DNA of 31,912 nt from a virus (lineage: Duplodnaviria; Caudoviricetes), in IMG/VR virus record IMGVR_UViG_3300011335_000099, positions 1-31,912 of that record. One strand, 5' to 3'. The notes under the pieces were generated by a model, which worked only from the letters and a program-made list of their open reading frames with translations, searched no databases and was not told the origin of the DNA. How positions within the stretch are numbered: the first letter of the stretch is position 1; every line of letters begins with the position of its first letter. Shown here in pieces: positions 24,292 through 31,912 of the stretch. The position numbers and the translations under genes are program-made.

Positions 24292-24920
24292 TCTTTCTTC
24301 TCCTTAATGTCATAAAACCAATCGTCGCCTGCCGACCATTTGCGTGTGCCATCGACTGTCCATAATCGTTGCGCTGCTTGAAAATCAGGAAACTTTGTCT
24401 CAGCAGGGATTAGGCTCTGGTCGTACCACAAGCAACGGTTGTTGGGTTGCGTAGCAAATTGACCGTTCTCTAACTGGATAAAATTAAAAGACTTGTGTTC
24501 TTCGGCCTGTTCAGTAAAAGTTGTGTCTACATCCAAGCCGTCAGCGCAGAAGTCTACCGTAAACAAATAGCGTCCAAAGTGCCAGGCTTTGTCTTTACCC
24601 AAAAACTTTACGCCCAAATTACGCAAGGCAATCTTTTCAATAATGGTAAATCTGTAACTCATGCAATCCCACAACTGCAACACATCAATTGGCAGATCAC
24701 CAGCGTCAGCGTGCCAGACATACGCATGGATGGGCAACTTGTCGTACAACGCGCCATACGCAGGCAATAGCGATTCAATACGAAAGACCTGCCCACGCAA
24801 GGCTTTAAGGCTAACCCAAACGCAAGGCTCTAACTCGCCATGCCCTTTGTGGTCGTTGTACAAAAACTCGCGCTTTACAAAGCATTTAATAGGCGGCAAA
24901 GACGCAACGATATAGCTCAT
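24288..24920 (-). CDS. Conserved phage hypothetical protein, 210 aa
   Basis: Long in-operon ORF rich in aromatic, Cys and His residues; 'LQLWDCMSY', 'EEHKS', 'QPNNR' motifs. Confidence 0.8.
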   Translation of the reverse strand: MSYIVASLPPIKCFVKREFLYNDHKGHGELEPCVWVSLKALRGQVFRIESLLPAYGALYDKLPIHAYVWHADAGDLPIDVLQLWDCMSYRFTIIEKIALRNLGVKFLGKDKAWHFGRYLFTVDFCADGLDVDTTFTEQAEEHKSFNFIQLENGQFATQPNNRCLWYDQSLIPAETKFPDFQAAQRLWTVDGTRKWSAGDDWFYDIKEKKE

Positions 24921-25138
24921 TTTTCCGTTGCCTTCTGTAGTAATGCTCTAGCAAATTTATACACATCGCAGTATTCATACGCCCGATCTTCAGTAAAAAT
25001 AAAACTTGCAAGTTCTTCTATCTCCTTATCTGATATGTCACGCAACTTATAAAGTGGCGTCAATTCAAACATAGGGTTTGGTGGCATTTCTTTAAACAAC
25101 ACACCATTTTCAGACATATACGCTACTGATTCAGTCAT
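24917..25138 (-). CDS. Hypothetical protein
   Basis: 73 aa, SD AAGGAG; 'ISDKEIEE...FARALL' module. Confidence 0.75.
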   Translation of the reverse strand: MTESVAYMSENGVLFKEMPPNPMFELTPLYKLRDISDKEIEELASFIFTEDRAYEYCDVYKFARALLQKATEK

Positions 25139-25153
25139 GGTTCTTCTCCTTGG

Positions 25154-25231
25154 TTATTTACTGCAATATGGACATCTGACTAATATGGTTAGTATCTTTG
25201 ACTTACAATGTACGCAAATGTATGGAGTCAT
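25154..25231 (-). CDS. 25-aa zinc-ribbon microprotein (not in ORF track): MTPYICVHCKSKILTILVRCPYCSK
   Basis: CxxC-x10-CxxC; ATGA overlap with the upstream stop at 25228-25231; stop lies just before the next gene's SD. Confidence 0.65.
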   Translation of the reverse strand: MTPYICVHCKSKILTILVRCPYCSK

Positions 25232-25446
25232 TTCTCTCTCGCTTTTTGTAAAATTTCTCTAATACATTCACGTTGTAGCCAACCAAAATTATCAACATCA
25301 AAATACTGGTCGTACACTTCTTTTATCTCATCATCGGTTAACTCACGCAACTCAACTTCTTTAGATAGCCGATTAACTTCTAACATCAGCCGTGCAATCG
25401 TACTTTCGGCACTCTCAAGCAATTTAATCAACTGTTGTTCGTTCAT
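25228..25446 (-). CDS. Hypothetical protein
   Basis: 72 aa, coiled coil plus 'LTDDEIKE...REILQKAREK' module; ATGA coupled to the helicase. Confidence 0.75.
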   Translation of the reverse strand: MNEQQLIKLLESAESTIARLMLEVNRLSKEVELRELTDDEIKEVYDQYFDVDNFGWLQRECIREILQKAREK

Positions 25447-26783
25447 GTTAGTTCTTCCATAGCTATTTCCGATAACGCCTTTTTGTCTTTCAAGGCACCC
25501 AAAATGCGTTCCTCAATCGTTTTCGTTGTAATCAGGATGTAAACCCACACATCATGCTTTTGACCGCTTCGGTGCAGTCTGCCGATGGTTTGTTCGTAAT
25601 ACTCTAGCGACCACGGCAGAGACACAAACACCATCTTGCATCCGCCATGTTGTAGATTTAACCCATGCCCTGCCGATAACGGGTGAATTAACAACAGTTC
25701 TATTTCGCCTGCGTTCCAGCGTGCAATCGATTGCGGATCGTTGATTGTCTGTGCGTTAGGGTACTTACGCTTGAGTTCTGCCAGCTCCTCGACGTAGTTA
25801 TAAACGATGATGGTATTTGCCCGTTGGTTCTCATTGAGCAGCTCATCTAACATATCAAACTTATGGGTGCTAAACCAAATAGGCGTCTGGGTGACGTTCA
25901 TGCGCCCAGGTGTATTAGATGCTGTTGTTTCGGTACTGTAAACAAACCCTGACGACATCTGTTGTAACTTCTGTGTAACAACGGCTGCGCTAACCGCCGT
26001 AATTTTTTCTTTACCAAACTGCACAACAAAGTCTTTCTTCATCTTCTCATAATGGCTACGGTCAGCCATATCACAACGCATCTCAACAACGTGTAGCGGG
26101 GGCAACTGATCAGCGTACTCGCCAGCATCTAGCACAAATGTTGCAGGTTTAATAGTTTGCATTACTTCAGGCAGCGCACCCTTGCGTGGCGCCCACTCGC
26201 CAAAGTCTTTGTTCATTAGAATAAAATACTTTTGCATAAAAGCCCCCTTAGACCGCCCTAGTAGCTGTTGGTCGATGATCTTACATTGTCCAAACACATC
26301 CTCAAGGCCATTGCTAGTAAACGACCCTGTCAAACCCCAACGTATTTTGATAGAATCAATGACTTTATTAAGGGCTTTAAAGCGTGCGCCTGATGGATTT
26401 TTTAGCCTGGTCAGCTCATCGAATACGATACCGTCGAAATCCATGTCATCTGGCAACGATTGTAAGTTGTCGTAGTTGGTCACAACCACTAGCGCCTTGG
26501 ACTCAAACGCTTCCTTGCGTTGCTTTGGTGTGCCTACGGCTACGGCTAACTTCATAAAAGGCGCCCACTTCGGCTGCTCGACAGGCCACACGTCGGTGCA
26601 GACACGCTTGGGTGCTATGACTAGCCACCGAGTTACAACGCCGTTGTACAGACAGTCGTACATGGCGCGTAGCGTGATAGCCGTCTTACCTGCACCAACA
26701 GGCGCAAGAATCATAGCACGGTCATGCTCATACAGAAAATCAGCGGCTATCTCTTGGTAGTCGCGTAACCTTAACCCATTCAT
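25443..26783 (-). CDS. SNF2-like superfamily 2 helicase
   Basis: Q motif LRDYQ, Walker A APVGAGKT, Walker B VFDELT, motif III LTGS, 'SAGHGLNLQ', motif VI QTIGRLHRSGQ. Confidence 0.93.
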   Translation of the reverse strand: MNGLRLRDYQEIAADFLYEHDRAMILAPVGAGKTAITLRAMYDCLYNGVVTRWLVIAPKRVCTDVWPVEQPKWAPFMKLAVAVGTPKQRKEAFESKALVVVTNYDNLQSLPDDMDFDGIVFDELTRLKNPSGARFKALNKVIDSIKIRWGLTGSFTSNGLEDVFGQCKIIDQQLLGRSKGAFMQKYFILMNKDFGEWAPRKGALPEVMQTIKPATFVLDAGEYADQLPPLHVVEMRCDMADRSHYEKMKKDFVVQFGKEKITAVSAAVVTQKLQQMSSGFVYSTETTASNTPGRMNVTQTPIWFSTHKFDMLDELLNENQRANTIIVYNYVEELAELKRKYPNAQTINDPQSIARWNAGEIELLLIHPLSAGHGLNLQHGGCKMVFVSLPWSLEYYEQTIGRLHRSGQKHDVWVYILITTKTIEERILGALKDKKALSEIAMEELT

Positions 26784-27033
26784 CTATTTGTTCCTTAGTC
26801 CATAAACACGCATATTGTTGGGATAGCCCCGTTACTTCTTCCATAAAAAATTTCTGTAGGGCAGATACTTTACCGCCCTTTGTTTTTAATTCTACAAACC
26901 ACGTATCGCCATTGGGCAGACACGCTATCTGATCTGACACGCCGCGCTGGTTGATTGACCTAAACTTATAAGTCTTTCCGCCTATTGACATTACGGCCCA
27001 TTTAAAATAAGATTCAATTTCTTTTTCATTCAT
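26740..27033 (-). CDS. VRR-NUC domain nuclease (probable Holliday junction resolvase)
   Basis: 'EKEIE...GVSD...FVELK..GG..SALQ' PD-(D/E)XK VRR-NUC signature next to an SNF2 helicase. Confidence 0.88.
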   Translation of the reverse strand: MNEKEIESYFKWAVMSIGGKTYKFRSINQRGVSDQIACLPNGDTWFVELKTKGGKVSALQKFFMEEVTGLSQQYACLWTKEQIDEWVKVTRLPRDSR

Positions 27034-27110
27034 GTAAAAAAGTTTAACACATAATTTAAAAATGTATGTATAATAAAATTTCTAAACAAATAAACTAAAG
27101 GAAACTAAAC
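27034..27110. promoter_or_regulatory. AT-rich divergent promoter region
   Basis: Only divergent intergenic gap in the window; leftward TG-T-TAAACT (27049-27041); rightward TATAAT (27069-27074); SD AAAGGA before ATG 27111; AAACTAAA direct repeat. Confidence 0.7.
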
Positions 27111-28238
27111 ATGGCTCAACATTCAAATATCGTCGGTGGCTCAACTGCCAAAAGGGTTATGGGTTGCCCAGGCTCTGTTGCTTTATGTGCCAAGATGCCA
27201 CCAAGACCAAGTAGCGTTTATGCTGACTTAGGTACATTACTTCATACCGCTATATCACAAGTGCTTGACCAAGGCGTAACGCCTGAGTCTTTAATCGGTA
27301 TGAAGTATCAAGATCAAGTGCTGACGCAAGACCACATCGACAACAAATTGCACGTTGCCCTTAACTTACTTAGCGAGATTGATCCTAAGTTAGAAATGGA
27401 ATACGCCGTTGAAACTGAAGTTGGCTTTGGTGACTTCTTGCCTGACGTGTTTGGCTCATGTGATTTACTAGGCCGTATTGGTAATCGGGCTATCGTGCTT
27501 GATTGGAAGTTTGGCGATGGTGTAGCCGTAGGTGTTGAAGAAAACGAACAGCTCTTATTCTACGCAGCAGCAGCCATGCGTACACCTTCAGTAGCATGGG
27601 TGTTTGATGGCGCAACAGAAATCGAGTGCGTTATTGTGCAACCACCAAGTGTCAAGCGTTGGGTGACAACAGTTGAGCGTGTCAAAATTTTTGAAAATAA
27701 TTTAGTCGCATCCGTCAAGGAATCACAGAAAAAGAACGCTGGGTTAAGCGCGGGTGAGCATTGCCGATGGTGCGCTGCAAAACCAATCTGCCCTAAGATG
27801 ACAGGTGCAGTTGACCGTGCGCTACAGGATCAGTTGGCGAGCCTCAACGCTGATATGATAGGTGGCTATCTCAAGAATTGTGATCTGTTAGAACAATGGA
27901 TTACTGATCTGCGAGCGTTAGCGCACCAAATGTTAGAGGCAGACAAGCCTGTGCCAGGTTGGAAGTTAGTCAATAAGCGTGCGACACGCCAATGGGCTAA
28001 TGAAGATCAAGCAACAGACGTGTTATCAAAAGTAATCCCCGAAGCTGAGTTGTATGTGACTAAACTCATTACACCAGCAGTTGCGGAAAAGGTACTCAAG
28101 AAGTTAGGCACTAAACTGCCTGACGACTTAGTAGTAGCAGTAAGTAGTGGCAGTACGTTGGCGCGTGAAGAAGATCCACGCCCAGCCGTAGTACAAATCG
28201 GGAAGCAACTTGTTGCAGCCCTTTCTAAAATCCAATAG
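27111..28238 (+). CDS. Cas4-like PD-(D/E)XK exonuclease (DUF2800-like)
   Basis: N-terminal CPGS Cys plus C-terminal CRWC.....C (Fe-S ligand pattern); GTLLH; 'GSCD...DWKFG'; 'QLLFYA'. Confidence 0.88.
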   Translation: MAQHSNIVGGSTAKRVMGCPGSVALCAKMPPRPSSVYADLGTLLHTAISQVLDQGVTPESLIGMKYQDQVLTQDHIDNKLHVALNLLSEIDPKLEMEYAVETEVGFGDFLPDVFGSCDLLGRIGNRAIVLDWKFGDGVAVGVEENEQLLFYAAAAMRTPSVAWVFDGATEIECVIVQPPSVKRWVTTVERVKIFENNLVASVKESQKKNAGLSAGEHCRWCAAKPICPKMTGAVDRALQDQLASLNADMIGGYLKNCDLLEQWITDLRALAHQMLEADKPVPGWKLVNKRATRQWANEDQATDVLSKVIPEAELYVTKLITPAVAEKVLKKLGTKLPDDLVVAVSSGSTLAREEDPRPAVVQIGKQLVAALSKIQ

Positions 28239-28249
28239 GAACTTTAATA

Positions 28250-28906
28250 ATGTCAAATATAACCACGTTTTCAGCAGCAAATCTACCCTCAGTCACTTCA
28301 TTATCGACAGCGTTACGCGCTTTAGAAACCGATGTTGGCGCAGCAGGTGTTGTCATCCTCAAGATGGACAAAACAGGTCATTGGGTATTCGGTGCAGATC
28401 AGACCGAAGTCGAAGATGACTCAACATGGGCAGTCAATCCGTTCTCATTTGTGCATGGTTTTATAGCTTGGGGCGACGGTGAAGTGCTTGGCGAGAAGAT
28501 GGTATCAGTATCTCAGCCATTACCTGAGTTAGAAGCAGCGCCCCCAATGGCTCGTAAGGGTTGGGAAACGCAAGTCGGTATGTCTATGAAGTGTTTAAGT
28601 GGCGAAGATAAGGGGATGGAAGTGCGCTACACCACAACTAGCGTTGGCGGTAAGCGTTCCGTACAAGCCTTAGCCGTTGCCATTGCTACACAAGTAGACA
28701 CAGATCCGAAGTTGCCTGTACCGATTGTTACGCTTGATAAAGAGCATTACAGTCACAAGTCTTATGGTCGCATTTACACACCAATTTTTAAAATTGCAAG
28801 TTGGATGAGTATGACCGATGAGGCTGGTACACCCGCAGAAGAAACCGCCGTTGAAGCAGAAGCAGTAGCTCCTGTAGCAACAGCACGCAGAAGAAGGAGT
28901 GTTTAA
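28250..28906 (+). CDS. Probable single-stranded DNA-binding / annealing protein
   Basis: 218 aa between nuclease and polymerase; aromatic beta-rich core, 'YSHKSYGRIYTP', acidic then basic tail. Confidence 0.55.
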   Translation: MSNITTFSAANLPSVTSLSTALRALETDVGAAGVVILKMDKTGHWVFGADQTEVEDDSTWAVNPFSFVHGFIAWGDGEVLGEKMVSVSQPLPELEAAPPMARKGWETQVGMSMKCLSGEDKGMEVRYTTTSVGGKRSVQALAVAIATQVDTDPKLPVPIVTLDKEHYSHKSYGRIYTPIFKIASWMSMTDEAGTPAEETAVEAEAVAPVATARRRRSV

Positions 28907-28907
28907 T

Positions 28908-29069
28908 ATGATTAAGCTAGAACTGAGCATTGAAGAAGTTAATGGTATTTTGGCAGCTCTAGGCAAAACGCCTTATGAGTTTTCTCAACCAATCATTGAC
29001 AAAATCAAGCAACAAGCCGTACCGCAAGTGCAAGAGCAACCTGCACCCGTGGAAACAGCAGCAGAGTAA
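28908..29069 (+). CDS. 53-aa hypothetical protein (not in ORF track): MIKLELSIEEVNGILAALGKTPYEFSQPIIDKIKQQAVPQVQEQPAPVETAAE
   Basis: Manual translation; SD AAGGAG upstream; fills the gap. Confidence 0.8.
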   Translation: MIKLELSIEEVNGILAALGKTPYEFSQPIIDKIKQQAVPQVQEQPAPVETAAE

Positions 29070-29072
29070 GAA

Positions 29073-29141
29073 TGGGGCTAGTCTGTGAGTATTCAGTCTA
29101 GTACACACAAGTTGAAGAACTAAGAAAACCGACTAGCCCCA
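29073..29141 (+). ncRNA. Putative structured cis-regulatory RNA (three-way junction) upstream of the DNA polymerase gene
   Basis: Perfect 11-bp closing stem TGGGGCTAGTC/GACTAGCCCCA enclosing two internal hairpins and an A-rich joiner. Confidence 0.55.
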
Positions 29142-29148
29142 CCTACCT

Positions 29149-31119
29149 ATGACAATCCTATATATTGATTTTGAGACGCGCTCACGCTGTGATCTACCCA
29201 GCCGTGGCGTCTATAACTACGCAAGGGATGCCAGCACGTCTGTGCTTTGCCTATCTTACGCGTTCGATGATGAGGAAGTGCAGTCGTGGTTGCCTGGTCA
29301 AGAATTCCCTTGGCAGATTGTTGACCATATCATTTCAGGTGGTCAAATTCGAGCGCATAACGCTGCCTTTGAGCGCTTGATCATGTGGTACGTCCTCTGC
29401 CCAGACAAAGGAATCCCAGAACCGACGACGGAACAGTTCTATTGTACAGCTACGCAGGCTCGTGCCAACTGTGCGCCAGGCTCGCTTGATGACGTGGGCA
29501 GATTCGCAAGCGTGAATATGCGTAAAGACCATAGAGGCAATCAACTGATTCGCTTGCTATCTATCCCCAAAGCCGATGGTACATTTAACAACGATCCAAC
29601 GCTCATGGCTGAGATGGTCGCCTACTGCGAGCAGGATGTCAGAGCAATGCGTGCGATTAGCCAAGCTATGCGTCAGTTGTCCGATGATGAGCTGATGGAT
29701 TATCATGTGAATGAGAAGATTAATGATCGTGGCGTGCTACTGGATAAACCCTTAGCCGAGTCAGCGATTAAGTACGCAAGTGCAGAGTTAATAGAAATTG
29801 AGAATCTTGTTGCAGAATTAACAGATGGTGAAATATTAAGCGTGCGGAGTCCACGGATGCGTGAGTGGGTTCTCGCTAGAGTTGGCGATCAGGCCAAAAA
29901 ATTGATGGAAAATTATAAAGATGGTGACAAAAAATACTCAATCGACAAGACAGTTCGAGCTAATCTACTTGTGTGTGCTGAAGAAAATCCCGATGAAGTA
30001 CCACCGCAAGTTGCGGATGTTATCCAATGTGCGGACGACCTATGGGCGTCTAGTGTCGCAAAATTTAAAAGACTAAAGGAGTTAGCAGATGAAGAAGATA
30101 ACCGAGTTCGTGGAGCATTTGTCTTTGCTGGTGGCGCAGCCACAGGTAGGGCAAGTAGTTACGGAGCGCAAGTACACAACTTTACCCGAAAGTGCGCTAA
30201 GGATCCCGATGCCGTTAGATCCGCTATGGTTAGAGGCCACGCAATTGTCCCTGCCTTTGGACGCCGAATTACCGATGTACTCAAGTCAATGCTCCGACCT
30301 GCCCTTATATCCGATAGGGGAAAATCATTAGTCGTCGCCGACTGGGCAGCCGTTGAAGCGCGCGTTAACCCATGGCTATCCAACTGTCCAGCAGGCATTA
30401 AGAAGTTAGACTTGTTCCGTACTGGTGAGGATGTTTACAAGGTTAATGCTAGTGCAACCTTTCATGTACCTGTTGATCAGATTACTAGTGAACAGAGACA
30501 GATTGGCAAGGTGCAAGAGTTAGCGTGTGGATTTGCTGGTGGCGTAGGAGCGTTCGCTGCGATGGGTAGAGCGTATGGTATTTTGTTACCTGAACCTGAA
30601 GCCAAGCGGATGGTTAATGCGTGGCGTCTTGCGAATCCGTGGTCAGTACCGTACTGGCAAGATCTTGAAAATGCTTACACAAGGGCGATGCGTAACAAAG
30701 GACATGAGTTTAGCGCAGGCCGTGTAACCTATTTATTTGATGGGCAACACTTGTGGTATGCACTTCCTAGTGGGCGTGTGTTATGCTATCCATTCGCCCG
30801 ATTAGATCAAGACGGAGTCAGTTATGCCAAAGCATCATGGAAGCCAGCAGCCGACGCTAAAGAGTGGCCTAGAGCAAGACTGTGGCGTGGGCTTGCCTGT
30901 GAAAACATCACACAAGCAGTCGCCAATGACTTACTGCGACACGCTTTGCGATGCTTGGACGATGTGGTACTTCACGTCCATGATGAAATTGTGGTCGAAT
31001 CAGCAACACCCGAAATAGCAGTACAAAAAATGAAAGACGTTATGTGTACCCCACCCGCATGGGCTGAGGGATTACCCTTAGACGTTGAGGCAAGCATTAT
31101 GACAAGGTATGGAAAGTAA
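29149..31119 (+). CDS. DNA polymerase family A with 3'-5' exonuclease domain
   Basis: ExoI IDFET, ExoII AHNAAFE, ExoIII YCEQD; motif A VVADWAAVEAR, motif B RQIGKVQELACGF, motif C LHVHDEIV. Confidence 0.95.
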   Translation: MTILYIDFETRSRCDLPSRGVYNYARDASTSVLCLSYAFDDEEVQSWLPGQEFPWQIVDHIISGGQIRAHNAAFERLIMWYVLCPDKGIPEPTTEQFYCTATQARANCAPGSLDDVGRFASVNMRKDHRGNQLIRLLSIPKADGTFNNDPTLMAEMVAYCEQDVRAMRAISQAMRQLSDDELMDYHVNEKINDRGVLLDKPLAESAIKYASAELIEIENLVAELTDGEILSVRSPRMREWVLARVGDQAKKLMENYKDGDKKYSIDKTVRANLLVCAEENPDEVPPQVADVIQCADDLWASSVAKFKRLKELADEEDNRVRGAFVFAGGAATGRASSYGAQVHNFTRKCAKDPDAVRSAMVRGHAIVPAFGRRITDVLKSMLRPALISDRGKSLVVADWAAVEARVNPWLSNCPAGIKKLDLFRTGEDVYKVNASATFHVPVDQITSEQRQIGKVQELACGFAGGVGAFAAMGRAYGILLPEPEAKRMVNAWRLANPWSVPYWQDLENAYTRAMRNKGHEFSAGRVTYLFDGQHLWYALPSGRVLCYPFARLDQDGVSYAKASWKPAADAKEWPRARLWRGLACENITQAVANDLLRHALRCLDDVVLHVHDEIVVESATPEIAVQKMKDVMCTPPAWAEGLPLDVEASIMTRYGK

Positions 31120-31147
31120 AAAAAACCCCTAGTTTTGGGCTAGGGGT
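31118..31147. terminator. Hairpin between polymerase and primase genes; terminator-like on the minus strand
   Basis: A8 (31118-31125), stem ACCCCTAG(31125-31132)/CTAGGGGT(31140-31147); no T-run on the + strand. Confidence 0.5.
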
Positions 31148-31173
31148 AATTAATTCACGGAAGGAAACACAAA

Positions 31174-31912
31174 ATGCACAACTTTTTAGAGTTTATCACA
31201 CAATTGGCTCCCGATGGCGAGACTGCCTTGATTGTGCGCCAAAAGCCACAACTGAAGGACGGTGAGTTGCAGTTGCACGCTGACGGCGCTATCAAATGCA
31301 CATGGCCTGCGTACTTGCCTAGTCATAAGATGAAGGACGGTGAGGCGTGGTACATCAACACGGCGTCGTTTATCATAGACCGCTTCGAGGATGGGCGCAT
31401 ATCAGCGTCTGCAGCCAACTGCGAGTTTGTGCTATTTATGATGCTAGACGACATCGGTACGAAATCGAAAATACCGCCCCTTGCACCGACATGGATTCTT
31501 GAGACATCACCTAATAATTTTCAGTATGGCTATGCTTTCAGCGAGCAACCGACTAAGGGTGAGTTCACGGCAGCAGTCAAAGCCATTGCGGCGGCAGGTT
31601 ACACCGATGCAGGCGCTACTAATGCGGTTCGAAATGTGCGTTTGCCTGACTCGATTAACCTAAAGCCTGGGCGTGATAACTTCAAAGCACGGTTAGTAGA
31701 GTTTCATCCTGAGCGTGACTTTACATTAGACGATATCTGCACGGCACTCAATGTGACGCCTGCCCCTGCTGATACAAACCACTATGCGCCAATCAGATTA
31801 GCCGACAACGGTGGCGATGATGTGTTAGCATGGCTTAATGATCAAGGCATGGTTTTGTCCAAGATCAACGGCGAAGGGTGGTTATCAGTCACTTGTCCAA
31901 ACAATGCCGAAC
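31174..31912 (+). CDS. RepB-like (AEP) DNA primase, probably a primase-helicase; truncated by the window end (not in ORF track)
   Basis: Open frame from ATG 31174 (SD AAGGA): MHNFLEFITQLAPDGET...MLDDIGTK...WILETSPNNFQYGY...VRLPDSIN...VTCPNNAE. Confidence 0.85.
   Translation, partial: MHNFLEFITQLAPDGETALIVRQKPQLKDGELQLHADGAIKCTWPAYLPSHKMKDGEAWYINTASFIIDRFEDGRISASAANCEFVLFMMLDDIGTKSKIPPLAPTWILETSPNNFQYGYAFSEQPTKGEFTAAVKAIAAAGYTDAGATNAVRNVRLPDSINLKPGRDNFKARLVEFHPERDFTLDDICTALNVTPAPADTNHYAPIRLADNGGDDVLAWLNDQGMVLSKINGEGWLSVTCPNNAE

Noticed and set aside
27111-28238. Cas4-like gene as evidence of a CRISPR system
   Set aside because: No repeat-spacer array or other cas genes were seen; solo Cas4-like nucleases are normal in phage replication modules
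29083-29128. Hammerhead ribozyme (CTGTGAG...GAAA)
   Set aside because: The core lacks CUGANGA, and there is no stem III or cleavage triplet after GAAA on either strand
29073-29141. tRNA or rho-independent terminator
   Set aside because: Only two internal arms, no TTC T-loop geometry or 7-nt anticodon loop, and no U-tract
31481-31663. 60-aa plus-strand ORF
   Set aside because: It is out of frame within the primase gene, which runs from 31174 off the window end
1-31912. Stop-codon reassignment, introns or inteins
   Set aside because: Core genes are intact and of normal length in the standard code; TAA, TGA and TAG all end genes
1-31912. Host assignment (overall style suggests an aquatic proteobacterial phage)
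   Set aside because: There is no host gene, attachment site or spacer evidence in the window, so it is not reported as a feature

Overview
The whole window is part of a compact tailed-phage genome (Caudoviricetes, podovirus-like, with a P22-type head and tail module). No host genes, integrase, tRNA, rRNA or CRISPR array were seen. The + strand late region (1-23230) carries TerS and TerL, three small basic proteins, a P22-like portal, a ferritin/Dps-like protein and a spike/fibre cassette. It continues with scaffold, P22-like coat, decoration genes, gp4- and gp10-like tail proteins, a needle/fibre gene, a cupin, three ejection proteins, four membrane/holin-like genes and a GH108 endolysin. A - strand block (23222-27033) encodes VRR-NUC, an SNF2-like helicase and small unknowns, including a stand-alone sigma70 region-4 HTH and a 25-aa zinc-ribbon microprotein. 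A divergent + strand replication block (27111-end) encodes a Cas4-like nuclease, a probable SSB, a family A DNA polymerase (Leu762 type) and a RepB-like primase cut off by the window edge. Nine ORFs missing from the supplied track were recovered by manual translation. The most interesting signals are (1) a putative modular plug-and-socket virion decoration system built from short recurring peptide motifs, (2) a three-way-junction RNA directly upstream of the SD-less DNA polymerase gene, (3) a structured scaffold-gene leader that hides its SD, and (4) extended -10 promoters positioned for leaderless translation. All family assignments come from motif recognition and gene order only; no database search was run.
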